This document shows, one piece after another, positions 41,215 to 53,786 of a DNA stretch of 64,000 nucleotides. This stretch comes from Schmidtea polychroa. Lineage: Eukaryota. Both the position numbers and the translations under genes were made by a program. The notes under the pieces were generated by a model that saw nothing but the letters and a program-made list of their open reading frames with translations, did no database searches and was not told the origin of the DNA. The stretch spans positions 39,992,001 to 40,056,000 of the forward strand of contig CM097885.1 in NCBI GenBank assembly GCA_044892525.1, given 5' to 3'. Numbering within the stretch: position 1 is the first letter of the stretch; each line of letters starts with the position of its first letter.

Positions 41215-43959
41215 GACTCAAAACTAACTTACTCAAAATTATTATAAACGCGACGGTCCTCAACCTTTATTATTCATGTATCTGTAAACAAGGTAAATAT
41301 TATTTTTTGGCCAAAAAGTAAAGTTTAATAAAACATTTAGAATATATATCTTTGTCTCTAGATCGACTAATGAATGAAACTAGAAATTTATTATTCAAAA
41401 GAGAATAAAAATTTATAAATTACTTACACCTCTAGCCTCCTCAGTTGGAAATGTTGCTTGTTTCTGAGGGAAATGTCATAAAATGAGGGATACATAAGTG
41501 ATAGGACTTACAGTTAGTCAGATCTGATCTTTTTGATTTAAATATTTATATAATTACGCAATGACCAAATTATAAATCGTCTCTTAAGCATATCTAATAA
41601 GTACGCCTCATTATCAGGTAAATATGTTGATACTTTTTTCTTATATAAATTAATAAACGTACTTCTTAAAATTATTATAAGAACTTTTTTCAATTTTCAC
41701 CACTGATTTCTTTTCAATTGACTTTGTATTAATTAAAAAGCTTGACTATAAATAGGTAAATATATCGATGTTTTTTTATATCTTTACTGATTCATAGTCA
41801 GATTGTTTTAATAAATACAATGTACTTCTTCAAATCTTGTCCTTTAGACTTGACGTGGGTAGATGCAATTATAACCAACCTCACAAAGTTTGTCGAGTCT
41901 CAATTTTTCTTAATGACGTCATCACCTCTTGTCACTCAATTTGTCCAGGATTCTGAATGTCACTTAAAATTTTAATAACTACGACAATGCTCTGATAAAT
42001 ATTTATCTTCCACTATTTGTTTATCAATAACACATTTGTTTTCCTTTCCTGCTAATCAGGTAGCGTACGAGTTTTTATGGGGCATACTATTTTCTTAACT
42101 AAATTATTTAATTAATAGTTCATTAATATCCGTAACCATACGGCTTTCTGTGCATATGGTTTCATATTTTGTTTTTTAATGTAATTTTCATTTAATGTTG
42201 TTACTTCTAGTTCATTGGTCATTTTATTTTTTCTTTGCTTTAGCTCGCTTTATTGAGGGTCTGTCACTATTTTGGCAAAACTGATTTGTTTAAAGGTATT
42301 TCCTATGAAAATTGATATTGAAGTTGCAAATTATCAACATGGAGCTATGTTAGGACTTCAAACCTTGCAATAACTTCGCCCTCAACAATTATCTCCGATA
42401 CCTCATGATAGCTATGTCACCTCAGACATAAGCAGTGAAATTGTTATGTTTTGTGAAGTTGAGTGAAGTTGAGTGACATGTGCCCACAGGCTCCATACTG
42501 GCTATATCAATATCTCTAAGATTCGTCTATAAGTCATTAACTCAAAGCCTTTTCCTTAATAATTTCAATTTTGTATACACCGTCAAAGTTTTCCGTCTAC
42601 AGAACTGTGCAAAACTACGGATTAGCTGAAAATGTTCACTATTTTTATATTTTAAGTGAAGCATCTTGAAAAAACTTTTTTATCAAATGGTTATTAATCA
42701 TAAATTTGATACCATACCAAATGTCATCTGATAAAATCTATGTATGTAACATAGAAGAATAACTAACAACACAAGAAAATGACTTACAATATTCAATGTA
42801 AATGTCATTAATATTTTGAAGGATATCTTCAAGTGATAACAATGGCTTCAATACAACTTAGAATGGAGTTCTTCGATCACTGACACTCATCCTTTCCAAC
42901 ATGACATCACTAAATATTTGGAAGACGCTGATCCATACGGTCTTTTTTACTAAGATATGAGTTTTCAGTTTAGTTTAAGTCGAAACAATTACCCGAGCAG
43001 GAAACTTCAAATTTTGCACAAATTTCCCGAGCTATTAGTGTTTATTATCGCTTTCTGTCGGAATATTGGGCACCTTCGTTCATTGAGGGTAAGGCAGACG
43101 GAGTTTTAATGACTAAATTTCAAATGGTATACCACGTATTGGGTATAAAACAGCGGAGAAGCGTCGCTTGTTTTTGAGATTATACAGTAATAATTTAAAC
43201 AAGATTTATGGTAATTATTAAAATTGATTTTTTTCTCTCGTTCTAGCCCATCCTAAAAAGCTCCCATCATTTTAAAATTATTTTTACGACTACTCTTAAA
43301 AATATTGATTTTTACTTTTTGTATATTTAATTAGTTTTAAATTAATTTTCTAAATTTTTATTTCCATACATTTTGCGTAACCCTAACAAAAATAAGAGGA
43401 AAATCCGGGGTTTCCATCGTGACTGAATAATTCAGTAAAGTTTTAGAATTCTTTTTTTAGTTAGTAAGATTTATTTTTAAATATTTTTTCGGATTTTTTA
43501 TTGTTTGAATTTTTATAAAGGAATTAAATTTTTATATTTATATTATAACTAAAGACATGTACGCTCACTGACTGTCCAAAGAAAGTTTTTTATAAGTAAT
43601 TTGCACAAAATAATTTAAAAAACGGCGTTCAATGTATTAGGATTTATCTGTATTTTTTTTTTCATTTCTGTACAGTAGAAAGTACATAAGAGCTTTATCG
43701 GTAGTGATTTGTTATTTTTTCATTTTTTCATAATTTCTACCAGTTTCTGGTTCTCACTCCCATTTTTATATACCTGTGTTAGGTTCTGATCTGGTGGATA
43801 AGATATTTCCTAACACAGACTGATATATCTGACTCCAAAAACATATAAATATAAGTGCGTGTAAATATAAATAAATATATGAATTAACTAAGACTTTTAT
43901 GTTTTCAAAGATATATTTAATATGCACGAATATACAAATTGTTAGTTGTGTTACCCAAA

Positions 43960-44670
43960 AATTCCGCTGAATACTAAAGCAAAGAAATCTGTTATTCGAA
44001 CCGTCCTCAGATAAAGAAGAAACACTGGAACTAATGCCTCTCAGCGCTGTATAAAGAAATTGATCAAGATGGAGGGTGTTTCCCGAAATTTAAGCGATCG
44101 ATTAGATCAAGAGTGATTCAACGTTCCTAATAATATTCCCTCTATTATTTAATCCAACGAGTAAGACAGACCGAAATGCTGCTTCTCGTGGTGGGGTGTG
44201 TGATTACGTTTTAAGTTTACAAATAAATAGAATTAGATAACCTTATGGTTAAAATTCTATGAAATTTTCTCTAAGCTGATATAGCTTGTTAGATTATAAT
44301 TTTTCGATTTCCAAGCGTACCTTTTAATACTGAATTAGTCAACAGCTGGAATTATTTTCTCCCACAGCTGGTATTATTTTAGCTTACTTCAATTAATTCT
44401 TACGGATTTTATTAATGACGTTTTCTAACCACAGCTGGTGCTATTCCTGTATAATTCTTTTAATCAGTATTGATTTTTAAGCTGGAATTCTCTGACTAAG
44501 AACCTAATGTACTTCTAATTTTAGTAATTTTTATTTATTCTACTTATATTTATAATCCTAGCCTCTATATAGCTATTGAAATTGCTCACGGAGCCAGCCC
44601 AACCCCAACACCTGATCAGACGCTGCTAGACTTTGGCTACTATATTAAATTAATATTAAATAAAAAGCTA
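43960..44670 (+). mobile_element. Degraded LINE remnant (APE endonuclease type)
   Basis: DRNAASRGGVCDYV at ~44170-44210 resembles the DR...GGGV..Y APE motif; otherwise decayed. Confidence 0.3.
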
Positions 44671-45450
44671 ATAATCTGGGGTGGGGCTCAATTATGACCA
44701 TTTTCCACAGTCCGTAAAAATAAATTATGACCATTCTAAAATATTTTTGTCCAACTCGTATTCAAACAGCAAAGTAGTGAATAGTAAGGACTCCAGGACA
44801 CTTTCAAGGTCATCCCAATGTCCAGATCAAATATAGGTCAATCGAATCATTTTTTTTTTTTAATTAACATTTTATTTAATTACTTCTTTTTAATTTTTTT
44901 TTTTTTTTTTTTTTTTTAATTAATTTATTTATTTTTTAATTTTATTTAATTACTTCTATTTATTTATTTTTTTTTTTTTTTCTTTTTAATTTTCTTAATT
45001 AATTATTTTATTATGCTTTTATTTTAGTATTATTTTATTATTTTATTATTTTATTTATTATTATTTTTTTTTTTTATTTTATTTTTTATTTTTTTTTTTT
45101 TTTTTTAATTTTACATTTACATTATATTCTAACAAGAGGTAAATTATAACGATAATATTTCAATTTGAATAAAATTTTAATTAGTAATTATTCAATTTGA
45201 ATAAATTTTAATTAGAAATTATTTAATTTATTATAAAATAAAACGCTGAGTTAATTTTAGATAAACTGGATATTAATATTTCGGAAAAAATAAATAAATA
45301 AATAAAATAAACACAAAAATAATATTTCTTACTTGAAACTAATTATCTAAATTAATTGGACAAATGAATAATTAAATGATAAAACACATTTTAATTAACT
45401 AAGTCAAACAATTCACAATATATATTTTATTATTCACATAAATTTAATTG

Positions 45451-48400
45451 TTAAAGTGCTTGTTTCGATTTGCATTCATTTCTAGACATAGCAGTTGCAA
45501 TATGCATTTGGCGAATCTTATAGTGACCGTAGGCATAACTTTCATTACAATTGTACCAATACCTTTTATCGTCCAAACATTGGAGAGCTCGTTTTTCTGT
45601 CATGAAAGTATACAACTGATGATTGACACTTCCTATTCTTTTTTGTGGGATGCTCACTGTTCCACCATCAGTATACACTTTTTTATAGGCTTCATGTGTA
45701 AGATTAGAGTTTGTAAGTCTTATTCCTTTGGCTTTTAGAGTGTTTTTATCGCCTTGGAGTGAGTAGCACTTGGGTCGAAGAAACACCCATTCTTTATATT
45801 GATTTCCTTTATTCTCATCCTTGAATTTCCCGATTACCGAACAAATTTTATCTGAGAACAATGGATCAGTCACTGGATAATTTGAAGTATCTAGGAGCCC
45901 ATCGGCAATCATTTTTGGATATAGTTGTAAGCGTAAATCTACATTTTTACACTCTAAAAAGAAGGAATCTGTGTCACCGGCTACGATATTAATTTGACAA
46001 TTGAATTCTTCTCTATAACTCTGTAGTTCTTTATATTGAAACTGGTACATGCGAAGTTTGGATAAATCAAGTACGGTTTGTCCAATATACATTGGTCTAT
46101 CTAAACACACAATTTCCTTATTGAGTATAACAGCAATGAGATCATCCGCAATCTTGATGCTACGACGAAACATAGGATTACTACAATAAGTTATCAATCT
46201 TTTGCTTTTGCTGCATAATCTCAAATTTATACGTTTCTTCAAGTTTTCCACAGTTTTACCGTATAAACTGTTGTTCTTTAACTTATAATAATCTCGCTGA
46301 AACGAATCTGTACTAGCTGCTCTCATTTTGGTATTGTAATCAATATAGCCTTTGAAAATAGCCACTTGCTTGAATTCTACAGCACGATTAACTTTTGTGA
46401 CTTTTGCGCCGTAACTCAACCACTCTGTCAAAACTCTACCATTAACTACATAGTTTTTCTTAGGCTCATGAGTTAACAACAGCTTTTCAACTTTACTACC
46501 AGGTGGATAACAAAGCTCAGGAGCTATAGGTAAATCATCTAGTTTATCTTGTATACTATCAGGAATGACGATGTCAACCTCTAGAACATATCCAAGATCT
46601 CCATCAAACTTATCCCCATTTGCACATCTTTCAACAATACCATTCATTTCAGTCTGATCATTTATCCATCTAAATTCACCAACAGGAAGTTTTTGCGACA
46701 GCGCCCATCCATATAAATTATTAACATCTAGGTATGACATTTGTGTTGATTCATCAGCTTCAACATGATGTTTGTTGATAAATGTCATTCCACCACGAAT
46801 ACCAGCTTCAAATAAACGGTAAAGCTCTGGATCTTGAATAAGTTCTACTGGTTCAGGTAACTGTTTAATAGCTGATGCCCAACTTAATCCGGGTATGGAA
46901 ACAAACGATAGAGCCTCAAGTCCATCTTCGTCAAATGTTTTTTCTCTGAAAGCTTCAAAAACATCGGCCAACAGAAAAACATCCAACTTGAGATATACTA
47001 GCATGTAATCTAGCAGTGTCTCACAGTTGTATTGTCGCCAGATTCGATTTGCATGTATATAATCTTCTTGACTAACTCCCTCCCAAATCGGTGGTAATTC
47101 TGTTATTGACTGTAAAACATCCATTGATGTAGCCATATCATAAGGAAATATGCCTTTACCAGTTATTAAATGCGAATTGAAAATCTTTGAAGTAAGTGGA
47201 AGACGTGGCAAGTTTTTTGATAAATTTGCCAAGCTGCTATTTAAAAATTGTAAAGAATCAATGAATCTAATTCTTCTGCCTTTCGATGTCGCTGTAAGTG
47301 TGAGAAACTTTTCTGTTGATTGAGGAATAACAATTAAATTCCAATCGGGGAATTTTCCAATTGCATATTTTAATATATGATGAATGTCATATCCACGAAG
47401 ATTATGAAATACAACAGGTAAAGACGGATTGATTCTTCTAGCCAAATTACAATCTTGACACGCTGCTCCGAGATATTGACCAGTAAAATGATCATGATCT
47501 CGAACAGGTATATTGATAATCTTTTTACAAAGGTAGCAATGAGTTTGAGTCGTGAATTCTTCCTGCTGTTCCCAAGTGAGTTCCATCATTTCCTTCGATC
47601 CATTAATTTTATACCACGGATAAACTATGTCTGTAGCTATATCATCCAATGCTTGTATAAACTGAATGATACAGTTTTTCCCAACAAATGTTTCATTTCG
47701 AATCGGACAACCTTGATGAAGAAGCACAAATTCAGATGCAATCGGCTCATGTTTTTGGAAGTGCTTGTCATCTAGAGGTAATATTGATTCAAAGTCCGCG
47801 TAGACAACAAACTGCTGTTTTATAGTTTTACTCCAGTCTTTAAATTCGATATATTTATTCTCTGGCATTGAGTATAGAGTCGTCCGCTCCACATTCTTCC
47901 TACAAAGACCTATATGTCTTTCAAAAGCAGGACGTTTTTGAAACCCATGAAGACACGTATGACACCAATGTGATTGGATTCTGACTCCTTCTACTCTATC
48001 TCTGTAATTGAGCAGTCGATCGAGATTAGTTACAGCCAAAAAATGATAATTTAATTCTAAAATTTAGTTAATATTTTTAATGATTAAAAGAAATATTACC
48101 TTCTTCAATCAATAAGAGATATAATTGACATCCCGTCGAAGTACTTCTATATACCAAGTCAACGAACGGATTCTTGAAAATATCATTAGTTTTTTGTTTA
48201 ATTGGATCTTTATTATATTTGAGAACATTGATCGCTAGATTAGGATTCATTGCCTCAAATTGGCAAATGTTAACCAACTTCATTGGAAACCAATCTGATT
48301 TCCATTTTAACTCTAAATATATATATTTTTAGAATGATATAAATATATATTACCACTTAAATTATATTTCATTACTCTTTCTCTGTGATGTTTTATGTCA

Positions 48401-49422
48401 TCATAATGTAATACGGCCAGTATGCTATATAAAAAGCAGAATTGATCATTATTTTGAACATTAACTAAAGCCTGGCAGTTTTTCAGGTAATTTGGCGTTT
48501 TAATGTAACTTGAACCTAAGTAATCTCTTGATTTATATATATAATAATGTAAATAATCTTACCAGATACATGTATTATGTCTGATAATTTAGTTAAAATC
48601 ATAGTAACTTCTAATATTTTATGAATTCTCCACCCACTACTTTGTTGAGTGTATTTCTCCAACTTTTCTTTTAATTTTTCAATTCCATCATTAATAAATG
48701 AAGATGACATTGTAATTGCTTTATTCGACAAACACCATTTTTTAATTTCACCATCCTCTTTGATAAACTCTGCACAAAGTCCAAATTGGATTTTTACTGT
48801 CCCCATTCGTTGAATATGATCTTCTATTTCTTTGATGAGACAATCTGGAACAACAATGTCAGGAGAATTAATTGCAGATACATCGCTTGTCAATTCAACA
48901 CGAGAACCGTTTAAGTCAGACTCCCGACGTGGACACAATTGTATGTTAGAGTCTCCATTTCCGTAAAATATTGACTTTCGTTTTGTGGTGCCAGAGTTTT
49001 GTCTAACTATATTTATAATTAATATTAAACAACTTAAATAACATAACTTGTAACATATTCTTTAATCTCCTTAGGATCGTATGATGTATTCATTTTCGAT
49101 TGTACTATAAAAAATTAATAATTGTTAATAGTAGAAAGAGTATTACTTTTAGTGATCATCCTGCTCTTCGTTTCTTCGAATCTTCTAAGATGGTGTCCGT
49201 GTTGTCGTACAAACATTAACCACCTACCTGGTGTTATAATGAGACATTCCTGACATATGTAACCCGATAAGGTAGAGTCATTTATCTTGAAATATGATGA
49301 TGTAACTGATTTACAGTTCTCCACATCTTCATGACTTTCGGCAATACAAAATTTATATAAACTGCATCCGTTCACTAAAAAATAATCATTAATATTAGAT
49401 AGAGAATAAAAATTTATTCACT
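45451..49422 (-). CDS. polB: Protein-primed family B DNA polymerase, left copy; predicted exons 49422, 49374-49147, 49104-49048, 49006-48563, 48515-48354, 48312-48100, 48056-45451 (1236 aa)
   Basis: Mirror image of the right copy; two amino-acid differences seen (ICQEC vs ICPEC; IADDL vs IAGDL). Confidence 0.92.
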
Positions 49423-50074
49423 TATATAAGTTAAATTAAAAGTTTAAATGACAAACATTTGAAAAGTTACTGCTTATATATTACACATGATTAAATTCTG
49501 ACCAATCAAAATCAAGGAAGGGGTAGGAAAAATAAATATATTCTGACCAATCAAAATCAAGGAAGGGGTAGGAAAAATAAATGCATTACATTGCAGTATT
49601 TTAAAACTTAAATTTTAAAACACATTTTGACGCTAAAGTTGACTTATTTAACATTTTCATAATAATTTAATAAAAATAATGTGTTGAACTCACAAAGTAA
49701 TATCATTTTTTTTTTCATCAAATTGCAAAACAGTAATAACGTTTTCATAAAATTGTAACAAAGTAATAACATATTTCAGATAAATTTTCAACAGTTGTAA
49801 AATATTTATCAAATTGTAACTAAAATAATAAAAATATTGCAACAAAGTAATAAAATAATGATGTTAATTGGGACAAATCAATACATTATTTCGAAGACGG
49901 ACAACAAATTAAAAAAGAATATTGTAATAAATTGTGAAGTCTTTCAGTAAATTACAACAAAGTAATAACATATTTCGGAAATATTTCACCAGATGTAAAA
50001 TATTTAAGCAAATTGTTATAAGATTATAAAAATATTGCAACAAAGTAATAAAATAATACAACATTTTAAACTCT

Positions 50075-50470
50075 AGATCAATCCATTTTATAGAAAATTA
50101 AATTTTATCTCTATAATATATGAATAAATATACAAGGAAATTACGTTAACGTATAATAAAACATGTGTGTATTACACACAAAACAAGATACATAATTTCT
50201 AATCAATCCATTTTATAGAAAATTAAATTTTATCTATATATTATATGAATAAAATCCTAAGAAAATTACGTTAACCGCGCGAAAAATACAAATTTATCGT
50301 AAAAACATGTGTGTATTACACACAACATACGAGACATAATTTTTAATCAAGCTATTTTATAGAAAATTAAATTTTATCTATATATTAAATGAATAAAAAT
50401 CCAAGAAAATAACGTTAAGCGCGCGAAAAAATACAAATTTATTGTAAAAACATGTGTGCATTACACACAA
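50075..50470. repeat. Three imperfect ~125-145-bp tandem units with TGTGTG-N5-CACA(CA) hairpins (mirror ~52740-53135)
   Basis: TTTTATAGAAAATTAAATTTTATCT...AAAACATGTGTG(T/C)ATTACACACAA recurs near 50085, 50210 and 50355. Confidence 0.85.
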
Positions 50471-50604
50471 AGCACCAAACTGAAATTGTAATTGCGCCGT
50501 GTTGTAGAGAATTAAATTCTGCCTATACATTGTTACACTTAAATCTCGATCAGACCTGTGAAAAGAGACATAAAAGAGAAAGAACAGTAGAGTAGTATGA
50601 TTGG

Positions 50605-52604
50605 TCCCCGCCAGACCAGGTCCCCTCCAGACCACATATACCCCCTCCCCCCCCCCCGGGAAAAAAAAAATTTTTTTTTTTTAATTTTTTGTTTTAATTA
50701 ATTGGCCTGGAGGGGACACACTTTTTTTTCATCCCAAAAATTAATGTTCCCACCAACGGATTTTATTGGACGATACCTCATCTTAAAGCTCAGTCCAAGA
50801 CCTTTCGATTGATCCATAGAAGGTATCATCATCATTAATATTGACAAAGTTATTAACAATTGATGACCACCATCTTTTCAACGTTAAATTATTATTATTA
50901 TTCAAAATATTATTAATTGGCCGGGCGGGGACATACTTTTTCTCATCCCAAAAATTAATGTTCCCATTATCCGAATTTATTAATAGATAGCTTATTTTGA
51001 AGCGTAGTCTAAGACCTTTCAATTGAGCCATAGAAGGTATCATCATCATTAACATCGGCAAAGTTATTAAAGTTTTACCGAGACCATTTTTCAAGGTCAT
51101 TTATTTTTCAAAATATTATTTTCAAGGTCAAGGTCAAGGTCATTTATTTTTTTCAAGGTCATTTATTTTTTCAAGGTCATTTATTTTTTCAAGGTCATAT
51201 TTTAAAATTTAAATGTACAGAGTTCCCGACAACGATAATTATTCAACGATAGCTCATTTTAAAGCCCAATGCAAGACCTTTCGATTGATTCATAGAAGGT
51301 ATCATCATCATTATTATTGACAAAGTTATTAACAATTGATGATCACCATCTTTTCAACGTTAAATTATTATTATTTTCCAAAATATTATTAATTGGCCTG
51401 GCGGGCCCCTACTCTTTTTCATCCCAAAAATTAATGTTCCCATTATCCGAATTTATTGGACGATACCTCATCTTAAAGCTCAGTCCAAGACCTTTCGAAT
51501 GAGCCATAGAAGGTATCATCATCATTAATATTAACAAAGAGAATGACTCACCCAATGACTCACCCAACGATGTCTAATATTTTTAGAACGATGACTCATC
51601 AAGGTCATTCCCAAGGTCATATGACTCATCAAGGTCATTCCCAAGGTCTTTTTTTTTTTCAAGGTCATTTTTTAATTTAATTTTTTGTTTTAATTAAGTG
51701 ATCATTTAATTTTTCAAGGTCATATTTTAAAATTTAAATGTACAGAGTTCCCGCCAACAAATATTATTAAACGATACCTCATTTTAAAGCTCGGTCCAAG
51801 ACCTTTCGATTGATCCATAGAAGGTATCATCATCATTAATATTAACAAAGTTATTAACATTTAACCAAAAATCATTTTCAAGGTCATATAATTATTAGTG
51901 GTCCAGCGGTGACCTGGTTTTCGTTTGCCCCAAAGTTATCGTTCCCATTATCCGAATTTATTATTTGATAGCTTATTTTGAAGCTTAGTGCAAGATCTAT
52001 CTACTGATGTATAAATATTATCATCATCATTATTATTGGCAAAATTATTAACGTTTTCCCGAGACCATTTTCAAGGTCATTTATTTTTCAAAATATTATT
52101 ATTTCCAAGGTCATTTATTTTTTCAAGGTCGCGTGACTCATCAAGGTCATTCCCAAGGTCATTTTTTTTTTCAAGGTCATTTTTTAATTTAATTTTTTGT
52201 TTTAATTAAGTGATCATTTAATTTTTCAAGGTCATATTTTAAAATTTAAATGTACAGAGTTCCCGCCAACAAATATTATTAAACGATACCTCATTTTAAA
52301 GCTCGGTCTAAGACCTTTCGATTGATCCATGGAAGGTATCATCATCATTAATATTAACAAAGTTATTAACATTTAACCAAAAATCATTTTCAAGGTCATA
52401 TAATTATTAGTGGTCCAGCGGTGACCTGGTTTTCGTTTGCCCCAAAGTTATCGTTCCCATTATCCGAATTTATTATTGGATAGCTTATTTTGAAGCTTAG
52501 TGCAAGATCTATCTACTGATGTATAAATATTATTATTAACATTATTTTACACACGGGGGGGGAGAGGGTATATGTGGCCTGGCGGTGACCTGGTCTGGAT
52601 GGCC
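50605..52604. repeat. Non-mirrored central core of degenerate direct repeats, including a ~512-bp tandem duplication and about 20 CAAGGTCA motifs
   Basis: AAGACCTTTC..TGA.CCAT.GAAGGTATCATCATCATTA recurs six times; TACAGAGTTCCCGCC at 51741 and 52253. Confidence 0.9.
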
Positions 52605-53627
52605 CCAATCATACTACTCTACTGTTCTTTCTCTTTTATGTCTCTTTTCACAGGTCTGATCGAGATTTAAGTGTAACAATGTATAGGCAGAATTTAATTC
52701 TCTACAACACGGCGCAATTACAATTTCAGTTTGGTGCTTTGTGTGTAATGCACACATGTTTTTACAATAAATTTGTATTTTTTCGCGCGCTTAACGTTAT
52801 TTTCTTGGATTTTTATTCATTTAATATATAGATAAAATTTAATTTTCTATAAAATAGCTTGATTAAAAATTATGTCTCGTATGTTGTGTGTAATACACAC
52901 ATGTTTTTACGATAAATTTGTATTTTTCGCGCGGTTAACGTAATTTTCTTAGGATTTTATTCATATAATATATAGATAAAATTTAATTTTCTATAAAATG
53001 GATTGATTAGAAATTATGTATCTTGTTTTGTGTGTAATACACACATGTTTTATTATACGTTAACGTAATTTCCTTGTATATTTATTCATATATTATAGAG
53101 ATAAAATTTAATTTTCTATAAAATGGATTGATCTAGAGTTTAAAATGTTGTATTATTTTATTACTTTGTTGCAATATTTTTATAATCTTATAACAATTTG
53201 CTTAAATATTTTACATCTGGTGAAATATTTCCGAAATATGTTATTACTTTGTTGTAATTTACTGAAAGACTTCACAATTTATTACAATATTCTTTTTTAA
53301 TTTGTTGTCCGTCTTCGAAATAATGTATTGATTTGTCCCAATTAACATCATTATTTTATTACTTTGTTGCAATATTTTTATTATTTTAGTTACAATTTGA
53401 TAAATATTTTACAACTGTTGAAAATTTATCTGAAATATGTTATTACTTTGTTACAATTTTATGAAAACGTTATTACTGTTTTGCAATTTGATGAAAAAAA
53501 AAATGATATTACTTTGTGAGTTCAACACATTATTTTTATTAAATTATTATGAAAATGTTAAATAAGTCAACTTTAGCGTCAAAATGTGTTTTAAAATTTA
53601 AGTTTTAAAATACTGCAATGTAATGCA

Positions 53628-53736
53628 TTTATTTTTCCTACCCCTTCCTTGATTTTGATTGGTCAGAATATATTTATTTTTCCTACCCCTTCCTTGATTT
53701 TGATTGGTCAGAATTTAATCATGTGTAATATATAAG
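53628..53736 (+). promoter_or_regulatory. Putative RNA polymerase II promoter of polB: duplicated 42-bp unit with inverted CCAAT box, then a TATA box (mirror at 49473-49581)
   Basis: GATTGGTCAG twice, 45 bp apart (ATTGG at 53658 and 53703); TATATAAG at 53729-53736, about 50 bp before the predicted start. Confidence 0.6.
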
Positions 53737-53786
53737 CAGTAACTTTTCAAATGTTTGTCATTTAAACTTTTAATTTAACTTATATA

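Noticed and set aside
48077..49375. Three small ORFs (68, 140, 86 aa) and their mirrors as separate genes
   Set aside because: They are exons of the spliced polB gene, each bounded by AG/GT with compatible phase.
50605..52604. CRISPR-like array or coding repeats in the core (ORFs 50783-51100, 51317-51502)
   Set aside because: Intervening sequences are themselves repeated and degenerate rather than unique spacers, there are no cas genes, and reading frames break between repeat copies.
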